From positions 1,805,069 to 1,869,068 of the forward strand of contig NC_057759.1 of the NCBI RefSeq assembly GCF_004010195.1: DNA of 64,000 nt. Direction: 5' to 3'. The notes beneath the pieces are model-generated. The model saw nothing but the letters and a program-made list of their open reading frames with translations, had not been told where the DNA came from and searched no databases. Of this stretch, positions 54,353 to 64,000 are shown one piece after another (the stretch's first letter is position 1; each line of letters begins with the position of its first letter). Source of the stretch: Chiloscyllium plagiosum. Lineage: Eukaryota. The translations under genes and the position numbers were made by a program.

Positions 54353-57300
54353 TGTGACTGAGATTCAATCTGATAATAGTGTTTAGGGTGTTGAGATTGG
54401 GCCTTAATCTCTTATGCATTTTGTGATTTATGACTCAATCACAGAATTGGTACAGCCATTCAGCCTGTTGTGTCTGCACTGGGACATTCTATTCTTTATC
54501 TGTTCTCCATACTAGTTTCCACTAATTGTTGGGATTCTAATCTTCATTCACTCACTGCCAGTGTCTCGGTGTAAATACCAATTTGAGATTAGTTCTGCAG
54601 TTAGTAACCTTTGAATACCTCGAGTGCCAGTTTTGTTCTGTGTGCAACAGTGACAAGTCGAGTATATGGATGCCATTCTCTATGTTCAGTTGTGTTTTTT
54701 CAGCAGGGTGTAGGATAAACCTGTTCAATATTTGATAAACCTGTGTGATTGAGGGATTAATGTTGGTTCAATACTTATGTTTGCCAAGAATCTAAATTTT
54801 ATTGTATTCAATCTCAGCTTTCCTTTTACATTTTGTGCGTGCAGTAGTCTTTGGCAATTGCTGCTGGGCACTGCAATAATGTAACATCGAATATGAACTT
54901 CTTCTGAAGCGATTACTAATGTGGACAGTCAATTTATGACTGTCCATATCTGGAAGTAGTTGTGGGCCTAAATTGCATTTTTTTTCTCCCTTTTACCATT
55001 AACTGGCTGAGTGAGAGTGAATTTTCTGTTGTGCTGCCAATCTGTATCACTTTAAAGAGTGCTACTGGTCGAGATCACACCAACATTGTCTGTATGTCTC
55101 TGTGTGATTCCAGTTCTGATACACTTTATGAGGTGGTTTTAAGTCTTATCAGTGTTTCATACATTAAAAAAAAGTATGGAAATGCTTCTGCATTACTGAG
55201 GCACTCAACCAGAATGGAAGCATGCATAAAGTGTGTTTACATCAACACTCGGCTGAGAGTGAGAATGAGAGAGACAGAGACAGACACAGATGTGTATGTA
55301 CATATGTGAATGAGCATTAAGTATTCTCTCTAGAAGCATCCTCTGTAGATAAGGCTAGACCAAGAAGTTAATTTGAAATTTACATTGTTTGATTATTGTC
55401 TTTGTACAGGACAACTGTTTATCAAAAGAAGAATTTTGTCCTGCTCAATTACTCAAATGTCCAACATTGCTTCTATATCTGTGCTCAAATATACACTTCA
55501 TATATATATATTTGTTATAACCATGTAACACCATCATTGGTTTGTTCTAATTGATTGTAACTTTTAAAAAATGCTAAATCTACATATTAATTTAATGCAG
55601 CTCATAAATGTATATTTATTATAAGCATACAGTCTAACCTGCTTCTAATCTTATGAATGGTAATTGGCTTTGAATAATGGAATTTACTGTCACTGAGGTG
55701 GTAAGCACTGAGAAAAGGGTGAAATAATATAGATTTATATATTGTCAGTTGTGTTTAACTCTTGGATTGAATGTGTACTTCTGGAAATGGAGCTCAATAT
55801 GTGTCTGACTCAATCCACTATGACTGTGGAAAGGACCTTCTCCTCTCTGACAGTGGGAACATACCTGCTGGGTGAGAAGCAGCCAGTCACTCTCGGATTG
55901 ATCCATCAAATATTTGCCTGGAGAAAGACAAAAGAGAGAGCTCCTGTACATCACTAGCAGCTGAGTAGGAAGACATCGAATTATCAATGCAATATTCAGG
56001 TCATGATCATTATAATTCTTTGTTTTGGAACAGGGCAAGATGAACAGTGCAGATCCTGGTTCCACTCGAGCCCTGAGCTCCCTCCAGTCTTTTTCTGTTT
56101 CCCAAATTTGAAAACATTTCACTTTGATAAAATAAACTCACCAACTTATGGACATCTCCACAAATGGAATGATTACACAGTTCAGTGTCCAGCTCCCAAT
56201 ACATTAACTGTTGAAAAACAAATACTGGGCACGATTTCACATACCTGGAGACGTTTATCCTGTGCCTGCTATATTTATCCTACACAGGATTATCACATTT
56301 GTTTCTACTGTCCTTTATTTCAATGTCTATTCGCAATAAACAGCGTGAAACAGAAGCCAAACAATGAATTTCCATCCGTGTTTAGGGGATTGCAAACCGC
56401 AAGAATGTTCCACAGCAGCTTCCTCCCCGTGTTTAGGGGATTGCAAACCGCAAGAATGTTCCACAGCAGCTTCCTCCCGCTCTGTCTCCCTCAGCAGGCC
56501 CACACACAGCCCGAGAAAGGCCTCTCTCTTCCCCCCAGCCCGCTCACTCCAAGTTCCGGGACCAGTTCCTGCTCCGCTCGGCCTCTTACAAACAGCCCCC
56601 GGTTCTCCCTGAACTCACCCCGAATCAATCCCGGTCTCGGAGCCCCCTCTGTGTCCCATCCCGATGTGCTGCTGGAAGGAGCCTGCTGTTCCCTCGCTTC
56701 CCTGGGCGCTGATCTCTCCATTGCGGTCTGTTTCAAACAAACCTCCTGCACTCACTGAGTAAATGCTCCTCAATGGCAGCGCTGGGGGAGGGTCAGTAAC
56801 AATCAGCATTGGCGGAGGCGAACGTGCGATGAGGCTTTGCGCATGCGATGTTTTCCAAAAAATTCCCAGAAACAAACATTAATTGGTCATTTCCCGAATT
56901 CCCTTTTCTCCCAGTTTGACCAAATGAACTGGGGCTGTGGGGGAAAGGGCAGAGAAGGTTTTAAGCTGGGAATTGCTCCTTTATGAAGTTCCAATGGAGT
57001 TCATTCCCGGGTCATGTTAATAACTCCTCCCTCCGGCTCTCTCACAATCTGGTCAGGGGGCGGAGAAGCTGGCGGCCACTGGGCCCATCCCCGGTGCTCC
57101 CCCATTCGATAACATCACGTCTGATCATATGTTCACTGTGGTATTTAATCCTGCTGACCCCTCATCCACAAATATTAACTCCTTGCCCAAAGTAACATAC
57201 AGAGAAATGGAATAAGTGGACCATTCTTACGAAGGAGAAAATAACTGATGGAGAGAGTCTTGTACCACAGTGTCAGAGCTTATTTCTGGGTCAGGACGCC

Positions 57301-57636
57301 CATGCAAAAGTCAGACCGGGTGTGCAACAACATCTCTGGGACTCGATTTAGTTTGTCGTGGATGACAGATTTTAGTGTCAGGTATGCTGCAGACAGAAAC
57401 GTTGTGATATATTGTATGCCACAACGAGAGACCCCAGCTGTTTTTGTTTATTCACGACTGGAACGTGGATGTCGCTGGCTGAGCCTAGCATTTATTCTCC
57501 ATCCCTTTGAGAAGGCGGTGTTGAGCCACCTTCTGGAACAGCTGTTGTCCATGTGCTGCCCACAATGCCATGAACACGGAGTTCCAGGGTCTTGATCCCG
57601 TGACAGTTAAAGAAAGCGGTTTTATTTCCAAGTCAG

Positions 57637-57742
57637 AGCTGGAAATGTGTTGCTGGAAAAGCGCAGCAGGTCAGGCAGCATCCCGGGAACAGGAGAATCG
57701 ACGTTTCGGGCATAAGCCCTTCTTCAGGAATCTCCTCAAAGA
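57637..57742 (-). ncRNA. family-A minimal type-I hammerhead element with complete stem I; 15-bp TSD
   Basis: GGAGAUUC-CUGAAGA-A-GGGC-UUAU-GCCC-GAAACGUC-GAUUCUCC (57692-57735); TSD ttatttccaagtcag at 57622-57636 and 57743-57757. Confidence 0.8.
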
Positions 57743-57929
57743 TTATTTCCAAGTCAGCATGGTGAGTGCTTTCAAGGGGAACTTGTCCGACTTCAAGGCG
57801 GTGTTCCCTGACATCAGCTGCCTTTGTCATTTTAGATGGAAATAGTGGCGATTTCGAAGGTCCTCCTATTACAAATTACAAAACTTGCATCTCTTTGTCA
57901 GCGGCACAGACAGACGTCTCTCTGATCGA

Positions 57930-60900
57930 TAGCGTGAAATCAGAATAGTGTGTTGACTCCCTGGTGTCAGGATCAAGGATATCTCGGAGACAGTGCAGGA
58001 TATTCACAAAGGGGCGTACACATTGGAATTAGCTACAGAAGAAGGGAAAGGGATGAGATTCCGAAGGAAGAATAAGGAAGAGAGGCAAGAATTTAGAAAG
58101 GAGGTCCTCTCCGGTAGTAATATCTGGATTACTCCCGCTGCTACAAGCGACTGAGGGTACGAATAGGATGATAGAGCAGAGCAATGCCCAACTCAGGAGC
58201 TGGTGCGGGGGAGAGGTGTTCACATTTTTGGATCATTGGAATCTCTTCTGGAGAAGATGTGACTTGGAGAAAAAGGATGGAATACACCTGAATTGGAAGG
58301 GATCTACTATATTGGCAGGGACATTTCCTTGAGCTACTGGGGAAGGGTTAAACTAGTAAGGTGTGGGTGTGGGGTGAGGTCAGTGGGAACGGGGAGATAG
58401 TGAACAAAGATATCAATCTCATGTCGGTAAGTCAAACACCCAGGGCAGATAGGAACATAGCAGAGAATGAAATTGGATTGATAACTTAAACTGCATTTAT
58501 TTCAATGCAAGAGGCTGAACAGGGAAGGAGGATGATCTCAGGACATGGTTAGGAAAATGGGATTGGAATTGGGATATCATAGCAATTACAGAGACATGGT
58601 TTGGGGATGACACAACTGACAGCTTAATGTTCCAGGAATCACATGTTATAGGAAGGATGGGGGGAGGGCTCAGCAAGAGAAAATGGGGAGTGACATGTTT
58701 GGTAAGAGATAAGATCACACCTTTATTGAGGGAGGATATTCCTGGGCTTAGATCCATGGATATTATTTGGGTGGAAATGAGAAATAAGAAAGGGTTTGAT
58801 AACCTTATTGGGATTGGACTGTAGTCACCCAAACAGTCAGCAGGAAATTGAGAAACAAATTTGTCAGGAGATCTTAAATCTGCAGGAATAATGGTGTGGT
58901 TATGGTGAGGGATTTTAACATTCCAAACAGATTATGGCTGCCATATTATTAATGGTTTAGACAGAAAGGAATTTCTGAAGTGTGTACAAGAAAAGCTTCT
59001 GATTCAGTATGTGAATGTATCTTCTAGACAAGGTGCAAATCTTGACCTACTCTTGTGATATAACGATGTGTCAGTGGGAGAGCACTTTGGGGCCAACGAC
59101 CATAATTTATTAGTTTTAAAACACTGATGGAAAATGATAGACCAGATCTAAAAGTTAAATTTCTAGTTTGGAGGAAGGCCCATTTTGAGAGTATTGTGCA
59201 AAAACTTTCAAAAGTTGACTGAGGGCAGAGGTTCACAGGCAAAGTGATAGCTAAAAAATTGAAAACCTTAAAAAATGAGAAAATTAGGATACAGAGACAA
59301 TATGTTCCTGTTTGGGTGAAAAGCATGACTAGTAGGTGTCAGAAGTGCTGCATGAGAAAAGAAATTGAGGTTTTGGTCCAAATAAGAAGGAAGCATATGT
59401 TAGTTAAATACAGCAGAGGTTGAGTGAATCCTTCGAAGAGTATACAGGCAGTAGGGATATACTTAAGAAGGAAATGAGGAGGACAAAAAAGGGACATAAC
59501 ATAGCTTTGGCAAATAGTGTTAAGGAGAATTCAAATAGATTTTATAAATACCTGAAGGTCAAAAGGGTAACCAGGGAAAGAAGAGGGCCCAGCAAAGATT
59601 AGCAAGGCAGCCTATGTGTGGAAGAAAAGGAAAAGTGGGAGATACTAAGCGAGTGCTTACTGAGGAGAAGGAAATGGAAGATATAGAACGTGGGGAAACA
59701 AATAGTGACATCTTAAAAAATGTCCATAATACAGAGGAAGTGCTGCTGGATGATTTCAAACAGAAAAGGTGAATAAGGCAAGAGCAACCGATCAGGTGGA
59801 CCTGGAACATGATGATAAGCTAGGGAAGTGATTGTTTGGCCCCTTGCTGAGAGATTTGTATCATCCATAGTCACAGGTGAAGTGCAAAAAGACTGGAGGC
59901 TGGCTAACCTTGTTACCCTGGTTACCCTTTGACCTTCACGTATTTATAAAATCTATTTGAATTCTCCTTAACACTATTTGCCAAAGCTATGTTATGTCCC
60001 TTTTTTGCCCTCCTCATGTCCTTCTTAAGAATATCCCAACTGCCTTTATACTCTTCAAAGGATTCACTCAACCTTTCCTGTATTTAACTAACATATGCTT
60101 CCTTATTTGGACCAAAACCTCAATTTCTTTTCTCATGCAGCACTTCCTACATCTACCAGTCATGCCTTTCACCCAAACAAGAACATACTGTCTCTGTACC
60201 CTCATTTTTGAAAGTTTTCCATTTTCCACTATTTAAGAAAGGTGGTAAGGAAAAGCCAGGGAACTATTGAACAGTGAGCATAACATCAACAGTAGGCAAG
60301 CAGTTGAGGGGATTGTGACAGACAGGATTACATCTTTTTGAAAGGCCAGGATTGATGAGGGGTAGTCAACATGGCTTTCTGCGCGGGAAGTCATTTATCA
60401 CTAACTCGACTGAGTTTTTTTTTAAATTGGTAAGGAAGAGGACTGATGAGGGCAAAGTGGTGGATGTGATCTATAAGGCCTTCAGTAAGGCGTTAGACAA
60501 AGTTCCCCGTGGGAAATTGGTTAGCAAGATTGGATCACATGGAATACAGGGAGAACTAGCCAGAGGGTGGTGGTGGAGGGATGCTTTTCAGACTGGAGGC
60601 CTGTGATAAGTGATGTGCTATAAGGATCACTGCTGAGTCCACTGCTTTTCATCATTTATATAAATGATTTTAGTTAAAAAATGACCAGGACACCAGGTTA
60701 TATTCCAACAGATTTATTTAGAAGTACAAACTTTCAAAGTGCTGCTCCTCCATCAGGTGTCTGTATTTAGAAGGCTTATACTTCCAAATAAACCTGTTGG
60801 ACTATAACCTGGTGGAGTATCATTTTTAACTTTGTACACCCCAGTCCAGCACCGGCACCTCCACATTATTATGATGATTTGGATGTGAGGTTGCAGGTAT

Positions 60901-61335
60901 TGATAGTAAGCTTGCAGATTACACAAAAATTGTAGGTGTACTAAACAGCAAAGAAGCCTACCTCAGAATACAGCAGGATCTCGATCAGATGGGCCACTGG
61001 ACCCAGGAGTGGCATATTGAGTTCAATTTAAATCAAAATGAGGTGCTGCAATTTGGAAAGGCAAATCAGGGCAGGACTTACACACTTTAATATTAAGGTC
61101 CTGTGGAGTGTTGCTGAACAAAGAGACCTTTGAATGCAAGTTCATTATTCCTTGGAAGTGGAGTTAGCAAAGAAGGCATTTGATATGTTTTCCTTTAGTG
61201 GTTAGAGCTTTGAGTATGTGACTTAGAAGAACATGTTATGGGTGTACAGAACATTGGTAATGCCACTTTTGGAATATTATGTGCAATTCTGGTCTCTCTC
61301 CTATAAAAAGAATGTTGTGAAACTTGAAATGACTA
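57930..61335 (+). mobile_element. long degenerate CR1 (esterase remnant, APE, RT) with an internal inverted duplication and a family-B fold-back insert (~60671-60870)
   Basis: LPGVRIKDISE (ORF1), CIYFNARG, WDIIAITETW, KPGNY, DKVPRGKL. Confidence 0.85.
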
Positions 61336-62150
61336 TTTAAGATAGTTTTTGGTGCAAAGGAAAGGCCTACAATTTGGGAAGAAATATAGCGAGACGGGAA
61401 GGCTGCAAACAGATCCAGATTCAGCAAATGACTGCAAAAAGGGATTTAACTAACAAAGAACAAATGAAGAAAAGAGTAATATTGTGGAAACCATTTAAAA
61501 AACTGCTAAAACACTAATAAATGTGTAAAGAGAGAAATTAACATAAGTAGGTTGGCAAAGAGTACCACATGCCACTTACAACATTAAAGAGGGGAGTTCA
61601 AAATGGGGAACGAAAAGGTCTCAAAAATCGCTAACATATTTGTTCTCTGTTCACAAATGTTCACACAACTAACACAGTGATGATATTGGTGAGTTTAGTG
61701 AGAGGGAAGAACTGAACCAAATCAATTTTATTTGGGAAATGATGTTGGGACAATGGATTGGATTGAAGGTTGGGAAACACCAGATCTCGATCACCTATGT
61801 CCCAGAGTATTTAATGTAGTGGGCTCAGTAATACTGGATGCAATGATGGCCATGTTCCAAGATTCTATAAGCTCTGCGATATTTACACAGATTGGAGGCT
61901 AGCTAGTGTAAGCAATCCAATCGAAAAGGGAGGTAGATATAAAATTGTGAACTATAGACCAGTCAGCCTCAGGGAAAAAAAAATCGAAATGAAAGCTTCA
62001 ATTGCGAAGCATTTGACAAAACAGTATTCAGGATCTGCTAGAATCAGCATGAACATGAAGGGCCTGTTCCAGTGCACACTGTTCTGTCTTCTGAGCTTGG
62101 CAAACCGACTGGCCATCTTTGAGGATGTAAACAATAGAGCTGATGAGAGT
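61336..62150 (+). mobile_element. older CR1 ORF2 fragment
   Basis: DWRLASV..NYRPVSL remnant. Confidence 0.6.
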
Positions 62151-62834
62151 GTAACAGCTACTGAGGAGAAAAACTACAACTAACTCCCTGGACACCGCAG
62201 CAAAGGCAAAAAGGAGGAGACATTCTATCCTTCCACACTTACATTTGATGATATTTCTGGCGTGTGACTGTGTGAATGTGAATACTGTGTCAGAGAGGCT
62301 GTTCGAAAAGGGCGGACGGTTAGTCGAACGTAATTGTGCTTGTGTGACCGCGAATATTATATTTCTGGGTCTCTCTTCTGAAAATCAAAAACATTTTCAA
62401 TTCAACTTATTCCCCGGCTCCCCCATTAGACCACAAAGATAGAATTTAAGACAAATGTATTTCAAGATTTCAGTCTAAAAGTACCGACAATGTCAGCGCT
62501 CAGTTCAAAAAGCTCGATCTGTGCGGCAGCAAAATGAGTTTAACTCGACAGCGGAGCCCTCTATTCGAGTGAAAACTTTTCAGTCGCAAACTTTACCGTG
62601 TCAGGGTCAGGAGGGATCGAGCCTGGCTCTCTGGAGATGCGGAATTTCAGAGGAATCGGAGAGTTTAGGCCGTTAGAGAAACACAGAGAGGTAGCAGGAA
62701 CAGGGGAGCTGACGGCAGGTTGTTCCTGCACCGTCTGGTCGCTGCGTTGAAGTTGCTCAGTGCCGTCCCCAGCAGCTTCATTGCTGACCCAGTTTAGACT
62801 GTCCCAGAGAGAGATTCAGCGCAGAGTCCTCGAT

Positions 62835-63619
62835 ATGAGCAACAGTGCAGCCACCGAAACGGCTCCTCCAGCCGCCGCTCCCACCAAAGTCAAAGCTCCC
62901 AAGAAAAAGGCGACGGCTCCCAGGAAAACAGCAGTCGATCACCAGTTGGGCGAGCTGATTCTGAAGGTTGTCGGGGATAGCAAGGATCGCAAAGGGACGT
63001 CACTGTCCGCTGTAAAGAAGGCGCTGGAGAGAAGCGGGATCGATGTGGGAAAGCGAAAGGCACAGATCAAGATGAGTATCAGGAGGTGCCTGGCGAACGG
63101 CTCCCTTGTTCTGGTCAAAGGCCAAGGCGTCTCCGGCTCCTTCAAACTCCCTAAGAATCCTTCCTGAAGAAGGGCTTATGCCCGAAACGTCGATTCTCCT
63201 GTTCCTTGGATGCTGCCTGACCTGCTGCGCTTTTCCAGCAACACATTTTCACCCCTAAGAATCCAGTCAAGGCAAAAGCGGGAAAGAAGGCGGGAACATC
63301 AGCGGCTGCCAAGAAACCGGCCATGAAGATATCACCGGCCAAGAAGGCGACAGCGAAGAAGTCTCAGGCCAAGAAAGCGACAGTCAAGAAATCCCCAGCC
63401 AAGAAAGCGACAACCAAGAAGTCCCCAGCCAAGAAAGCGAGAGGCAAGAAGACGGCACCGCCAAAGAAAGCGGTGAGCAAAGCAGCGCCAAAGAAACGGA
63501 CTCCCATGAAGAAGGTGAAAAAGACCAAGGGCCCTAAAGCCCCCAAACCCCTCAGCAAACCGGCTAAAAGCAAGGCCAAGCCCAAAGCAAAAGTGACCAA
63601 GACAGCAGCAAAGAAATGA
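62835..63619 (+). pseudogene. H1: histone H1 interrupted by a 104-bp insertion (226 aa if removed)
   Basis: Globular domain (LILKVVGDSKDRKGTSLSAVKKAL..GSLVLVKGQGVSGSFKL) and Lys/Ala/Pro tail are in different frames, with a stop at 63165-63167. H1-box AAACACA at 62679-62685. Confidence 0.92.
63161..63252 (+). mobile_element. family-A hammerhead mini-element inside H1; 12-bp TSD
   Basis: TSD ccctaagaatcc at 63149-63160 and 63253-63264; core at 63164-63191. Confidence 0.93.
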
Positions 63620-63655
63620 ACCCGTCAGTGTAATATGTAACCGTCTGAACCCAAA

Positions 63656-63671
63656 GGCTCTTATCAGAGCC
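63656..63671 (+). terminator. histone 3' stem-loop of H1
   Basis: GGCTCTTATCAGAGCC, ACCCA, then AGGAAAGAGCTG downstream element. Confidence 0.93.
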
Positions 63672-64000
63672 ACCCACATCTCTCAGGAAAGAGCTGAGCC
63701 CGGATCCAATGTTCCCCGTCCCGGTACCGAGCGCAAACCTACCTTAGGTATTATTTGATCTGAATAACTCAAATACACACTCGTGCCATGGTTTACGAGA
63801 GCGGAGACCGGTGAATGGCAAATGTATCACAAAGGGAAGGTTTATTGATCTCCATCTGGTTATTTCGCTTCGCGACTTTTAACTCCACCGAGTCACGAAT
63901 GTGACACATTGTGGTATTTTTATTTCATTGACCCGTTCAGGAATGTTACTTTGTTCAGTTTTGATTCTGAGACCCTGCGGATGTTTTCATGGTGTGTTCC

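Noticed and set aside
56003-56758. 251-aa ORF
   Set aside because: no recognisable domain, includes a 45-bp tandem duplication, and is not preserved in the paralogous blocks
63161-63264. H1 insertion as an intron
   Set aside because: no GT donor at the 5' junction in any TSD register; TSD and dispersed copies indicate a mobile element

Overview
Vertebrate, repeat-rich genomic DNA. It is most likely from a shark or other cartilaginous fish, inferred from HE1-type V-SINEs, CR1 LINEs and a GPR139/142-like receptor; it is not prokaryotic. The core is a replication-dependent histone cluster: H4-H3-H4-H3 (+), H2A (-), a damaged H2B (-) and, 28 kb away, an H1 broken by a 104-bp insertion. Each histone gene has a stem-loop or a remnant of one. 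An orphan H2A 3' end at 18 kb marks a collapsed duplicate of the histone unit. The rest is CR1 LINEs, V-SINEs, two copies of a Gmr1-like Gypsy element, a probable solo LTR, a degenerate ~47-bp satellite and three assembly gaps. The most striking signal is about 18 short Penelope-derived inserts from at least 3 families, most carrying a minimal hammerhead-ribozyme core. Many have clean 9-16-bp target-site duplications, several are fold-back palindromes, and one knocks out H1. A candidate spliced minus-strand non-coding gene family is repeated alongside the histone units. Repeat boundaries were read by eye and are approximate.
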